64,000 nt of DNA, taken from Ramazzottius varieornatus (taxonomy: Eukaryota > Animalia > Tardigrada). A model generated the notes under the pieces. It searched no databases and was not told where the DNA came from. It saw only the letters and a list, made by a program, of their open reading frames with translations. This document shows, piece after piece, positions 13,644-27,420 of the stretch. The stretch is from the NCBI GenBank assembly GCA_001949185.1, contig BDGG01000012.1, forward strand, positions 47,908 through 111,907, given 5' to 3'. Numbering within the stretch: the stretch's first letter is position 1; each line of letters begins with the position of its first letter. The translations under genes were made by a program, and so were the position numbers.

Positions 13644-13713
13644 ATCGTTTTATCTAGTGGCGCACATTTCTGTTGCAATTGGCTGACGGAGTGCGCCACT
13701 CAGGGCAGCGATC
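13644..13713. repeat. AAGTGGCGCAC-N25 palindromic element, probable 5'UTR intron
   Basis: Arms 13655-13665 and 13691-13700, 25-nt spacer. Confidence 0.85.
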
Positions 13714-13981
13714 TTTGTATCAATACATTATGTCGCACAGCTCTCAGTTCACTTTGTATCGTTCCACTTTGAATGTAGTTTGAATCTGAACCGAATCTGC
13801 GTATTTTTTTCTCCTTTGCTATTGATAAAGAGTAATAACTATCAGGAAGTAAATTGTCCGTAAGGCATAGCGTAAGCTAGATCACGTCTGGGAAGACATG
13901 CGCGGCAGTGAAACAGCGAGATTGAGCAACAATACCATCCATCCATCAACGGCTACTTCCCACCCACTACAAAAAACCTTC

Positions 13982-16900
13982 TCAGCTCAACCAGATCTTG
14001 TCCTTATTGTCTATGTGAGAAAGTCCCCGATGACCATGATCCAGAGTTCGTACACTCGGCGACCTCATCACCACACTCCGCGATCTCGGTCGACTGCTAC
14101 TTTGCATGACATGGTCCGGCGTCAGTGGCGCACTACTGTTCTGCCTGCTCAACCCCACTTCGCCATCCTCAAACCCTCCTTCAAAGTCCCCACTGATGGT
14201 GTTATCACCCAGGTCGTACGGATCGAATCCACTGTTGGTGAACCCAGGGTCGTAGTTGGGGTCGTAGGCGTCGGCTTTCCTTCCAGCCAGGTTGTTGAAG
14301 ATGTCTTCCAGGCGACGGCGTCGGTTCATGGCACCGCGACCTGCGTGCAGATTCTCCGCGCTGTCGAACATGTCCTTCTTCTCGAGTCCCTTGGTCTCGT
14401 CCATGGTGTTGAAGCTGACGACGTGATGAGCTTTAGCTGCCTTGACAGACTCTGCGCGGTGTTGTTCTCCGACAAGGTGAGCGATGGCCTTCTCCGCTTC
14501 CGGGTCGATCGTCTTGACAGGGTACTTCCTTCGGGTGACTCCACCGGCTTCCCGAGCTTTGGCGGCTGTGGTAAGTTCCTGGAAGCGCTTGCGGAAAGCC
14601 ACGTCGAGGGTGCCGACCTTCTGGCGTCGACGCTTTTGCTTCTCCAAATGCGCTATAGTTTTTCGGAAACCTGAAAACAGCACCCAAAAACTGTCATTCA
14701 AATATTCGCGAAAAAAAGACAAAAGATGACGCGGAAAATAGTGCGGAAAATCATTAGAAGGCTCAAGGAATCGAAACTTTCGAGAGAATTACACTGAAGA
14801 ATGTCCCAGTGCATATTTGGAGTACTGATTTTGGGTCACGAAGTTTTGTACCTGGTGGTTGAAGGTCTTGGTCATCGCGGTAGTTATCTCCGGCATCATT
14901 CATGCCTTTCAAAGCTTGAAGGTTCCTGGCGATTTCTATGGCGTTCTGTTCAATCAGTTCCCTCTCCGTCGCCGGTTTTCCCCTCTTCTTGAACCAATCG
15001 ATCTCGGTAGCAGCCAAGATATGGGACAACGTCCCGAAACGATGGAGGATCATGGCGAACGACTGTATGACCAAGATCAAGAAGAAGAAGACCACGAAGA
15101 CAATACCGATGGGTTCCAGCTGCAAATACTCTTTCGTCACTTTCGGCTGTCCATTGATGATCGTCACGTTCAGCTTGACACCCAACGGCCAATCGACATG
15201 CAAATGGTACTTGTTCAACTGCAGCAAGAAGACAATCAGGATGAAGAGGGCGTTAAAGATGAAATACATGAAGACCGATTTGTTCCTCAGTTCTTTCAGA
15301 TCGTTGGCGATCCTGGCTTGTTGAGCCTTGTCTTCGTCCAGCGGGTACAAGTACTTCTTGATCAAGTCCACCCAGAAGGACTTTTCCTTCTCTTCCAGCA
15401 CTTCCACGCGACTCTCATCCACTTGACCGAAACACTTGTCCTTCATCCAGAACTTGATTATGGATTCCTCCTGGTCAACTTCACCGTAGATATGCGAGTT
15501 GTCAGGGATATTTTCGTAATCATCATTGACGCCCATCAGGTTGGCCATGTTCGGTGGAGGGAGGTTCAGTCCATCTCGCGGCGAAGGTAACCGAGTCGGT
15601 GGGTCGTTTTGTGCAATGTTGTTATACTGTGGGAACTGTTCGTTCATCAGCCTTTCGTTCGCCATCATCAGCCACTCTTCTTCCGGTGATCTTTTAGGCG
15701 TCATCAACTGGGCGACTTGGTTGGTCAGCTTCTCCAGTCCGTCTTCGATCCTCAGCAGTTCTTCCCGTTCCGAGCCGTCTTTCGGATGGGTAAACATCAT
15801 ACATTTGAACAGGTTACCGCAGTTGAAGACCAGTCCACCTTCTTCCTCTTCGCTACTGTTGAAGTTCCTGAACATACCCAGTACGCCTTCTTGCTTCTTG
15901 TTTTTGCGCGCCTTCTCCGCTTCGGCTTTGTCCCGCGCCATCTCCTCTTTAGTCTTCTTGGTGGCCGTTTCACGTGTACCCCACGAGACCACGTTGAGGT
16001 TGCACAACGAGTAGATCATCAACAGTAGGTACATGGCGGGAATGGAGAGGAAGTACAGGAAGCCGTGGGCGATGCAGAAAAATTCTTGGGGATGGAGGAG
16101 GGCGGCAGTGAAGAAGGACGTGACGATAGATATGAGGAAAATGGACGAGGGCGAACCCCAACCGTCATCGGATATTTGAATGGCCGTACCCACGATGACT
16201 GCCATCATCAGAAGGGCATAGAGCGTCGACATGATTTGGGCCAATAGGAGCTGCCACTTGGCTTTGCAGGCCAGGCAGACGATGATGTAGATCAGGATGG
16301 GGATGAGGTTGGCGTAAAAGGCTGTCCAGTTGTCCACGCGGAAAGCGGCCACACAAGCACCGATAATCATCATGAAGATCGTACCTGAAAGAACACAATG
16401 CATGAATACTCGGACTAGTTTCCAACCATATCACCGTAGACCTTATTGGAAGACCGGGGAACGAACAGCGCCACATTCGAATACACCTGCATACAAGGAC
16501 CCATACGAACATAGGATATTGTTGTATGCAGGCAAATAGCCGATAGACGCTTTCGCATAGTGAACGTTTGCTCAACATCAGAAACTATTTCTAGATGTCG
16601 TCTTTCCCGCAAGGTTTTTCAGAAGATCCACTGAACAAAACCGCATGGCTTTAGAAAATAGCATCATTCAAAAGTTTGTGGGAAACATGAGAAAAGAGAA
16701 GTTACCTGGGCCGAGGATGGTACCTAGCATCAACGCAGCCTGATACACAATGAACCATCGCGAGATGCTGTCGTTGACTTTGACGACGTTCTTGGCGTCA
16801 AGCAGTAGATCCAGAATGTTGGCGATGGTCGACGGCACCCAGCGACGACGCTGGTTGAAGAACTCGTTGAAACCTTCCGGCGCGTGGGTCCAGGCATCCG

Positions 16901-19900
16901 AAGCGGCGCAGTACTCCACACGATATCCTCGCTGCAGGATCAGCGTACACAACCAACGATCTTCCCCTTGATCGAACTGAACGTAATGCAGAGCTTCGTC
17001 GGCCTTCACTGCGTACCTGTAAGAAAAAAATATGAAATATCCCAGCTGGATTGGTTCAAACCAGTCGAGGTACTATTGCAGAAAATTTCTTCGTTCACGA
17101 GTATCGACTCTTATATTACTTTTATATTTCGCCTGATTATCGTCTCCCTTTCCTGTTTTGTCAGTGTGTAGGAAAAAACTTCCGTGCTTCCGTCAAGTTC
17201 TTAGGTCATAATTTAATCAACACACCCAACTATGGTACAGTCCAGTCGCTCGAAATCTGGTACCTGATTTTGCAGTTTCAAAATAAAGAAATCGTGCAAA
17301 ATCAACGATACTGCGAGCCATACCGACACAGCCGGTCCACATGCGGGTTGATTACTTGATCACACTAGTAAAGCTACGGTGTAATATATGTGAAATGTAA
17401 TTTCGGCCTTGGCTTGTCGTGCTGTATGGCGAATGTATAGCAGACTTCAAAACAAACTCGGACAAACAGGTACTAGATTTCGATCGACCGGACTGTACTT
17501 GCAACTCCGAACTTGATAAGGGAGCCGCAGGCGAGCCTTTCCCTTGTATTACTTAACAAGAGAAGGTCGGTGAACTTCAGTTTGTATTCAAAAGGTGCAA
17601 ATTAAAATCGGATTTTTTTTCAAAAGTTGTATCGTAATTCGCCAGATCGTTTTCCAAGTGACGCACGCTTTCAGCCAATATCACTGACCAGGTGCGCCGC
17701 TCCGGGACACGATCTGATTGATTTTGAGCTCCAGATTATCAGTTCCCGCGTACCTTCTCATGACGTTGTCGTCCATCAGCGTCTTGGCTCTGAAAAGACT
17801 GAAGCATCCCGGACAACACATGACACATCCCAAGACGTGTTCCGTGGCCTTCTGTAGCCAATGCCCCAGCGCGTACTCGAAGCGTTGGTACCACACCATG
17901 ATACCGCTACCGATGGGATGGATACGTCCACAGGCCGCTCCTAACGCCTTGTTCTTCTTCATCAAGTCCACCAACAACTGCACGGCGTGTGGCTTGAAGT
18001 CAATGTCTCCGTCCAGCGTCAGCAGGTAAGTATTCTCTGCGATGGTCTCCTTTCTCGACACGTCGATAGGCAGGTCCATCAGGTTGAAGCCGAGAAGGTA
18101 GTACATGTACATGACCTGGCTCCAGCGTTTGCGATGACGGATCAGGGACTTGTCCTTGAGGTGGACGTGCATCTTGGTGCCCCCCGGGAAAGTCCAGATG
18201 AGTCGACCTCCGTAGGGCGTATCGATGAGTACTGGCGGACGAAGCTTGATGGGCGTTTGGTGGACGGCGCTGACGGCTTCATCGATGACACCGCAAAGAA
18301 GCCGGACGAAGGGATTGACTTGGTTCTCGTTGTCATCTTCGTCGCTGATTTCGAAGGCATCATCGAAGAAGATGTGAGCTAAAAAATGCAAAAAGAAAAA
18401 GTATTGCTCGCGATTCATGGGATCTTACGAGTGGCGTATGCGGGAGTTCGTGGCAAGATAAAGCGCAGACAAGCACATCTGGCAAACTGTAGCAATGTTC
18501 TACGATTCGGTCAAGGAATTGAGGTAAGTAAGCATTTTACTTACTAACGTATTCGTAGTAATCCGGATCTACCACCTGCAGGAACTCTTGGGCGTTTCGA
18601 CGAGCAGCCTGGTCTTCGTCCATCCTACAAAATTAAAAAATTAAATAGAGAGTGAGATATTCGGAGGAATAACTCAGAAATTAACGGAATAGAGTACTAC
18701 ACTAAGGTTCGGGGTTGTCCTCACCGAGTGATGGATTTGAGCATTTGCTTCATTTCGTCCCGGGTTTCGTGCCACATGGTCGCGCAAGCGATAATCTTGG
18801 TGACAGTGTCAGCCGATTTGTTGGTCTTCTCTTTCGATGATTCGGACTTGATCGAGAGCGTCTCGTAGTGCGGCGAAGGATCTTCGGCGGTCGCCGTGGC
18901 ATTGTTTCGCAAGTCTTCACTGAGCACTTCAGCTTCATCGTCCCGTCGACGGTTCATCGCCAAGCTTTGATCAATAATCAGGCCATGATACAGTGGCAGC
19001 ACGAAGAGCCTACAAATCACCAGTTAGTAACATCACACGCCTTGATCTCATCGTTCTCAAACTGTCTAACATGTCACAGCCCAACCACTTACTTTGCCGC
19101 TTTCGCCAGCCTTTCACACTTTGGATTCCAAATGTGGAAAGTGACCCAAACTTGGGACGCCAACCATATTATCCAAATCCAAACATGCTCCGTCTTGATC
19201 AAATCTTCAATACCGTTACCCGAGTAGATATTCCAGAATAAATGCCTGAAAGAAACCAAATAACAAAATTATATGTCAAGAATGTCAAAAAGTACGGGTA
19301 TAGTGGACGATCGAACCGCCAACCTTCTGACTTTATACAGTATAATGGCAGCTCGGTGAACAAATTCGTCTGAAGTAGCGCACGTTTTCATTGTTGATTG
19401 CTGGAGCCGTACGCCACTTGAAACAACGTTCGTGTGGAGTTCCCAAGTAGCGCACGTTGTCAGTGTTACTGGCCGGGAAAGTGCGCCGCTTGGGAAACGA
19501 ACTTGTCCAGTTTGTTTGGCGGCGGCCAGCCTCCCATGTTTGGAACTTACTTGGGTAAGATATTGGTGCCAAAACAATTGTCCTGCAGGCGAAACTGCAA
19601 CACCGCGACCAACGCCGAAACCAGAACAGGAATGGCAGCGTTAACCGGAAACGCGAAACTGAACTGTTGGATGCAGATTCGACAAGCGAACTTTCCAGCC
19701 ATGTAGCACACGAAAGCCGTCAAGACCTGGATGAGCAGCACGTACAACGCGTCCGAGCCTTGGACCACCCACAGTTCGTTACTGGAGACCGGTGCCCGAC
19801 GGAAATCAAAGATTTCCATGCCTTGGCTTACTTCGAGGATCTGGTCGGCCGTCTGGATGGCTGTGCGGGTGGTCACTACCGACATGTTGCGTGCTGTGAA

Positions 19901-22406
19901 GAAGTTATTGGGATCCAGCAGCGTCTTGACTTTGATGTTCATCGAGGTGAAGCCAATCATGGTGCCCAGCATCACCAGGCATTTGATTGGAGCCAAGAAC
20001 ATGTAGATACGGTAGCGGGTCTTGTATAAACGTTCGGCTAATGTAGCGAGCTTCCCGATGAAGGGAAATGGTGAGCGCTTGTCCAGGAAGTTCTCCCACC
20101 AGACAACGGAGATAAGGATCAGTGCGACTGGGATCGCCCACAGGCTGTTTCCGGGATGGATCAGCGGCCAGATGATAAAGCCGGAAACTTGTGCCAGGAC
20201 AGCAAGAATATCGAGGGAGGCTTTGAAGAACCGGTGATCTTCCGTGCGGTTTCTGGACAAAAGCTGAAAAGCGACCAGTGAAATTCAACATGAAAAAGTT
20301 TTGTTTGCGGTACCGCCGATCGGGTCTTCGGAATGACTTTCGATGCGTGCTGGTTCTAGAGTTGCCTGTTTTTCCCATGTGAAGTTTGAAAATCATTTAC
20401 ACCCGCAGACCACATTCCAGTCTTTTTCTACGACTTATATACACCGACAAATTGAAACCTTCCTTCTCAAGCATCGTTGACCGGTTTTTGGACGTACCTG
20501 GAGGAACGCCGGTACGAAACACAGGCAGTTGGTGATCATTGCTCCGCGGACCGCGTCCAGAGACGGTAGGACGATGAACAGGAGGATGCTCATACCGACA
20601 GTGTGCGCAAGTTCCATGAGGACCACTATGGCGATCAGCTTGTACGGCGGAGACTCTAGGCTTCGGAAAAGGGTCTTGTACAGACTCAAGCAGAAATTGA
20701 GAAGCTCCGGAATGCAGTAGGCAAAGTAGATTGCCCAGATCCAAGAGACCGAGATACTTTCGGGAATCGTCACGGACCGCGTGATAACGACACCGGTCTT
20801 CGCTACGAAATGAAAAAGCTCGCTTATTATGATGGTAAAACTGTAGAGGTGGTCGGTATGATCCACCGAGGGTGCTTGTTTTCATCTCCGCATTTTCATT
20901 TTCAATGTTCATTAATTAGGAATATTTGAGACGTCCACAAATGATTTTACCCAGACTACCATCTCAAGTGACGCACGTTTTCAGTGATACATGGCTAAAA
21001 GGTTGGCACCACCTCGGAGAAACGATCTTGTTGAGTTTTCAAGTGGCGCATGTTTCCATTGTTGCTGGCTACGAGCGTGGGTCACTTGGGAAAGCGATCT
21101 GGGCGAACACATTCGCACGTCCTACTTACTGTCGGTTTCTCCGCAAAGTTGAACGTTCTTCCCCGGTGTGACATTTCCTGCCATGAAGAGCAGACATCCT
21201 TTGGCCACTACCGCGGAGACCAAAATGATAAGGAATGTCAGGAGGTAAGTGAAGAGCTTGATGATCTGGATGGAGATCTTGACCAGCTTCTCGTTGCCGT
21301 GTCCGTGTTCTTCGGGTTCCAGCACCTGGAAGACGTCCCATCCTTGGGTCTCCGAGTAAACAGCGTCCTTGCTGTAAGAAGAAACCCAAACAGGTATCAG
21401 TCGACACTGGCTGAATTAAGAATGCAGCACAATGAACTAGGGTGCGTTCGAGCGTGAATATTGCTTCCAGATCAAGTTATAAAATAACCGCCCACACCAT
21501 AGGAAACACTTCAAGGGCATAATGTTGAACTCTGGCATCGATATCGATATGAAGACTGACGTGAGTGACGCCAGCGCATAAACACGGAAACTCACACTCC
21601 CTAATTTTACTTGCTGTGCCACATCAGAGTCAGGAATATAGCGATCAATGTCGACAGACAAAATGTAAAAATAATTGTCAGACAGAAAAACAGAAAAAGT
21701 TACGTAACTCATTTTGCCCATTGGCAAAAAAGTAAAGATATAGTTCACCCTTGTGCGTTACTGCGTCAACTTCCGTCTGTAATTTTGTCCACATCTTGAT
21801 AACCACCACACGCAGATAATAATAAAAACAGAGAGACCATATAACTCGTACTTCGCTCCCACAAACGATAGGCCAAAAAAACAATTGGGACGCCGGCAAA
21901 TGGACTGAACCAAATCTTCGCTTAAAGTGACGCACGCGTCCATTGCTATTAGCCGAAAGTGTGCGCCACATGGGTAAACGATCTGGTTCAAGTCATTTTT
22001 CCACGTCTGAATTCCAACATCAACGTTAAAAAACGTTACAAACTTACGTGCTACGGTTGAGTGACTTCCGATCGCCATCCAATAAGCCCACATCTTCCGC
22101 AGGCTCGTCCAGCGGGACATCGACCATTCCTCCTCCGCCCAACGGTCCCATAGGTGGCAGTAACGCATAAGGGTCTTCGTCTTCGTAATGGTCGTTCTTT
22201 CCAGGTATTCCGTCTTCCAGTTCGCGATGATCAGGTGCCACCATCGGGGGCGGCAAAGGATCTGCTTGGTCCTCCGGGACAGCTATTCCAGAGACTATGT
22301 TTGGTCCGTTGTTGACACGACTGGGCGGATTAACCGAGGTCTCCTTGGTCTTGGGCTGCACCATCTTGTTCATCACCCGGTTGGCGAAGCCCGACCCGCG
22401 GACCAT
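13982..22406 (-). CDS. CHS: Chitin synthase (GT2), ~11 exons
   Basis: GWDVF, CATMWHET, IRHRKRWSQ, LDGDIDF, GAACGRIHP, QGEDRW, QRRRW, SWGTRE, TLDVAFRKRF; all introns GT-AG and phase consistent. Confidence 0.97.
17643..17716. repeat. AAGTGGCGCAC-N25 palindromic element, chitin synthase intron
   Basis: Arms 17656-17666 and 17692-17702, 25-nt spacer. Confidence 0.85.
19360..19509. repeat. Tandem dimer of AAGTGGCGCAC-N25 element, chitin synthase intron
   Basis: Left arms at 19373 and 19445 (period 72); both spacers 25 nt. Confidence 0.87.
20951..21103. repeat. Tandem dimer of AAGTGGCGCAC-N25 element, chitin synthase intron
   Basis: Left arms at 20966 and 21041 (period 75); second spacer 25 nt. 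Confidence 0.82.
21885..22008. repeat. AAGTGGCGCAC-N25 element with full outer arms, chitin synthase intron 1
   Basis: ttgggacgccggcaaa...aagtgacgcac(21925)-N25-gtgcgccaca...ttttccacgtct. Confidence 0.85.
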
Positions 22407-23439
22407 CTTTTCCGTGTGAGGAACCTCTCAGTTCCTGACTATCAATAGTGTAATTTAGGATAAAATAATTAATGAAAGTATTACGGTTCTTCGATGGTAT
22501 CTACAACAAGTAAAAGTGCGATGGAGCAGCACGGTCACCTGTCTGTTGAGAAAAAGAGAAAAGAGATTGAGGACAGTGCTGTTTTACTAAGCAGGTAAAC
22601 GTCTAGCGCACACTAGCTTACAAAGACCCATTGCTACGAAGTAAGTTGGACTATTGGGCCATTCTTTCAGTGCCGCTCTTGCTGCACGATTAAGTAATAC
22701 CCTACCCGTCACTAGCAGCTAGGCTAATTCTTGTATTCTGTACAGCGAACAGGCTTCGATCGAAGTCAGAAGGAGACTAGTTCGACTACTCTCAGCCATG
22801 GCTCGCCGCGGGCGGACCAGGAAAGCACACCTTGCTGCTCTCAAAAACCTCCTTGCTTCTTCTACCGGGGACTGACGAAGTCATTATCACCTGCGGAAAC
22901 AAAACGATCATTTCAAGTTACATGTAATAACGTCTTGGTTATGAAGTGCGAGAAAATCTGTCGATGATCCCTTTGCGGCTGGGCGAGGTCCACCTCGTTT
23001 ACCCTGCGTACCGGTACACCACGGTGCGCGTAAGGTTTGTTGTATGCAAGTTCCTGAAATACGAAAAAGTTCTTTCTTGGAGCGGATGTTTTCTTGATTT
23101 TTTTGGCGAAGTTTTGTAAACAACTAAAACATAAAAAACAAGTGAGCGGTTTTTTTCTTTACCGTGGAAAAAAAAGCAGCGAAGTCTCACCAGGTAAAAT
23201 GGGTCAGAAGCGTAAGTAGCACACATCACAGAGTAAAGAAGAGAACAAATTCAGGTCCGTTCAAGGCGGAGTCTTGTTCGTGTTTCGAGTCAAGCATGAC
23301 AAAGCTATACCCGCTTAACTGAGAAGAAACGGACAGTTAGAGAAAGGTGGCTCACAGCAAGTCCATTCATCAGTCATTAGTTACCTATTACACAACATCC
23401 ATAGCGAAGTTCACGAGGAACCAACGTCATTTCGTCCAC

Positions 23440-25882
23440 TCACGACGAACAGCTAACCTTCAGCTGCTTCGACCAGTTCGGTGCTTCTTTCGAAAACCCA
23501 CGCTCTTCCGCGTAAGCTTGCTCATCGAACGGCTTCTCCAGAACCTGCAAAGTTCGTCATACGGCAATCATCAACTGTTCGGTCAGTCGGCAAACCGAAT
23601 GCATCAACCGAACGCACACCTGCATACAGGAACCTACAAGCCTGGTACGGCTGCCTTATATGCAAGTGCGTGAAAGATCTCACTGCCAACTTTCTAAGTT
23701 GAATGCCCAACTCGCGTTCTGTTCAGAAGTTTATTTTTGATTACCTTTTGGAGGTCCCATATTTCCGAGAAGTCGTTCATGTCAGCCGCCCTGATCGCTC
23801 GTTCCGCCATCCAGTTCCGCAGAATATAGACCGGGTTCGTGGCATTGATCAGCTTCACTCGATCTATTTCGGCCACCTTCGTCCTCTTCAGCACTTCTTC
23901 ATAGTCTTTTAAGAACTGCGTCCACTTCTTATGCTTTGAAGCTTTCTTTAAGGCCCAAGCAGTACTCGGTACTTCTTCCAGCCACTCGAAGTTGATCAGA
24001 CCCAGCTGCCGGAAGCTCGCCGTGAAGTCTGATTTGGTTTCTTGTAAAATTGAAAGAAATAACTGCATCAGTTCTCTTTCTTTCGGATCTTCTCGGATCA
24101 GGCCAAGTTTGTTCCGGAATATTCTTTGGAACGTCCTCCAGAACCTCGGATAATAGTTATCCAAAGCTTCGTGCATTTTCTCCTTTGAGCTTTCTTTCCG
24201 GAGCAGCGGCCAGAAGGCTTCTCGAAGCTTGTTCACGTTGAACAAGCCGACGTCGGGTTGATTCTTGTACGAATATCGTCCTTCGCTATCTGAAAACATG
24301 GAGAACACAAAAATTAACATACCGTCAGATGCGGGATAGCCGAGAAGGGACTTGGGTAACACTTCAACCCACCTGCATACACCGAACCATGAAACCAATA
24401 AGTGACTATGTACGCAGGTGTGTAATGAGATCGAGGTGAGAAAGAATGACGCAGAAAAAGTACCTGAAAAGTTCGGAATGAAGTCTGGATTGTAAGCATC
24501 CAAAAACCCGAATGGACCAAAGTCGATGGTAATGGACAGTAGGCTAAAGTTGTCTGTGTTACAGACGCCGTGAGAGAACCCGACTGACTGCCACTTTGCA
24601 ATCATATCGGCAGTCTTATTCACGATCAGCCCGAACATCGCTATGTAGTCTTCATCTACATACTGCTTCCTCACGCTTATCCAATCCGTGAAATGTTCAC
24701 GAAGAATGAAATCTACCAGCTGTTTCAGCTCTTTGGTTTCGCCGTTTTTCGCGAGGATCTCTAATGAGCCGAAACGGAACCATGTAGGAGCTAGACGAAG
24801 GACCACCGCGGTCCGTTCTTGCTTCATGTGTCCGTCGTAGAACTGGTCCCTGTACGCAGTGTCATCCGAGACGACGAGAGAAGCAGCTCGGGATGTTGGG
24901 ACACCCAGATGGTACATGGCTTCCGAGCACAGGAACTCGCGTATGGAACTTCGGAGGACTGCGCGACCGTCACCGCTTCGACTGTAGGGAGTTTTTCCGC
25001 TGCCTTTCAACTGCAGCTCCCAATGCTCTCCAGCCTGCAAAAATATATAAAGCACTCCCTATGCCCACAAGATCAATGCAGATTCAGAAAGGAGAAACCC
25101 AAGCACAGAAATAACCTACGGGAGGTGTGAAGCCAGAATGCAGCATGTCGTTCAGCCACATGGACAGCCCGCTGCGATGCTCATTTACGAACCGGAAGTA
25201 TGCAGGTGGCTGCGGCATGCATACATTCATTGTCATTCGCGCGAAGGACGACTGTACGTACCTTGTTGACGTATTCGCCAAGCATGATGGCTCGCCCATC
25301 TCCGAGCTGGTTAGCCCAGCTTCCAAACTGATGTCCGCCATAGCGATGAGCCAATGGGACGCTACCTGGCAAGACGACGTTACCGCTAACAAAGTCGACG
25401 AATTCCTCTCGACCAGGTAGCTTGTCGCCATTCATATCCAGTATGTCTTCCAAGACGCTTTTCGTGATGGCCATCAACTTAACCTTGCTGCGGAAGGGTG
25501 TCGGTTCAATCTTCGAGAAGATAACGCGTGGGATGAAACGAGCAGGCGTTTTGAAGTAAGAGTCGATTGGTAATTGCTCCAACAACCGGAAGGAGTTAAA
25601 GCGCCAGTCTTGCAGTGACCGATGAAGAGTCTTGTCAGCAACCGAACATACCCTGTACTTATGACAACATGTAACGGCATTGCCCAAGAAAAACTTCAGA
25701 GGACGTTCCGTTTACCTGCTAGTCGGCGTAAAGAAGAGAGAGCCCAGCGGTGTATCCGAATGGTTTGCGTTCACGTAACACGTCCCAGTCCGAGCAGATG
25801 ACTGCCACTCGTGGCTGCGGACGGTTGCCACTGCAAACAAAGCCACCAGCAACCGGCTGGGAGGAACAAACCTTTCTTCCAT
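23440..25882 (-). CDS. SELENOO: SelO-family protein adenylyltransferase, Cys-type C-terminus (VSCSS*), 5 exons
   Basis: [82 protein letters not shown]. Exon 1 (25716-25882) joins in phase. Confidence 0.93.
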
Positions 25883-26240
25883 CGTCCCCACAACCTCAAG
25901 CGGCGCAGCAAGCGGGAGAACGAAGGTTCTATGACTTCTATCTATCTGCTAAAAAGGCAAAATTTAAATTATTTGACACAAAACCAGAGTGATAGACAAA
26001 ACCAAACTGCGGAAAACCCTAACGGTCACCCTTGAAGCGAAGGTATGCACCTTGTATCCGGCTCACCCGCCGGGTATGCGCCAAGATCCACGGGCGCTCC
26101 GCGGCGCTCCCGGAAGCTCCAATTTTTTTAGGTCAAATATTTCTTCCTGGAAGATTGATTTTGTCGATTTTGCTGTGTTGTTCTCGACATCCGTCGGTCT
26201 GTATGTCGCTTCTAGAGAGATCTTTGTATTTGTTATTGAC

Positions 26241-26558
26241 ATGGACACGGAGGGTGCCGCAAGGAACTTCAAGGATTTCATGCAAATGTATAATCAGCTG
26301 ACGGAGAGATGCTTCGGTGTTTGTGTTGCTGATCTCGGTACGCGCCGGTTGACGGAACCAGAAGAGCAGTGTGTCTCAAACTGTGCCACGAAGAATGTCC
26401 GACTGAACAACAGAACGATGGAGGTGTTTATGGAGCTGCAACCTGCAATACTCGAGAAGCGTCAAAGGGAGGCAATGGAAGCGATGGCCAAAGCCGAAGC
26501 TGCTCAAGCTACTAGCCAATCAATAGGAGACAATCAAGCAACAAAGGATCTGACGTAG
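26241..26558 (+). CDS. TIMM10B: Small TIM chaperone, Tim9/Tim10B family
   Basis: RNFKDFMQMYNQLTERCFGVC...CVSNC twin CX3C motif; extended helical C-terminus typical of Tim10B. Confidence 0.85.
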   Translation: MDTEGAARNFKDFMQMYNQLTERCFGVCVADLGTRRLTEPEEQCVSNCATKNVRLNNRTMEVFMELQPAILEKRQREAMEAMAKAEAAQATSQSIGDNQATKDLT

Positions 26559-27420
26559 CTACGATCCCATTTCCCCTGTGTTTCCCTTCTCGGAGCCTTT
26601 TTTACCTTTTACCTCGTTTCTCGATTAAAGGAAGCTCCAGAATACTTCCGTCTATTCTATTTAATTGCACTAAGCTGTGATTTCCAAGGAGCGGGTTTTT
26701 GAATGGGGTTTGTTTGCAGGCGTCTGTCGCCGGTCAGGTCTATGTCCTGATAGTAAGTTTTCACCTTGGTCCATGACGTCTAGAGGTTGCAACTTGATGA
26801 ACTGTATCCGCGATGACGTAATGCGCGTATGAACTTTTTAGGGTATTAAAGATAATAACGGCTTTCTGAAGGCTCGGACTTTGCTTCCTGCTGCTGGAGC
26901 CCTCGATACCGGCAAGACGTGTCTCGCTATCGAAAAAACCAGAACACAGACGATGTCTGGGTCTTGCCAAAGCCACTGTGGGGAATAAATGGTCAGGGAG
27001 TGCCAACAAGAATAATGGCGGCCAGCTGCGCTCACTCATTGAGAACCACTCCAGCACTGGACGTTATCAACAAATTTACCCTTTATTGCCGATTAATGTT
27101 GAACTGTTGTAGATGCAGTTTGTTTTATGGCCGTTTACCTGGCCAGATAAAGGAGTTTTGGACGCGGTAAAGAGCGGGCCGGTCTGAAGATGATCATCAC
27201 TGCTTGTCAGCGCTATTTTACAGGCTTGATGATCACGTTCAACCTCATTCTCCGCGCGCCGCGTTTTCCGTCATGGTCTCCATTTGGAGGGAAATAAAAA
27301 CAGCCGTATACCTAGTTTTCCGTAAGTTTGAATTTGTTGCAAAAGGATCATCACTTTCCATCTCGTTTTTCTTGTGCGAAGTCTTCTCCGGTCTGAAACT
27401 TCACTGTTCTCTTTTCTGCC

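Noticed and set aside
13898-16028. Long + strand ORFs (258, 243, 162 aa)
   Set aside because: Antisense shadows of chitin synthase exons.
19360-21103. Palindromic repeats with constant-length variable spacers as a CRISPR array
   Set aside because: Eukaryotic introns, at most two units per site, spacers are diverged copies of one consensus, and no cas genes.
23340-23442. TGA at the SelO end as selenocysteine, with a downstream ATGAC..AA..GGAT as SECIS
   Set aside because: The Sec-equivalent position is already Cys (VSCSS). The TGA sits at the normal family terminus, and the candidate SECIS stem does not pair and is too close to the stop.
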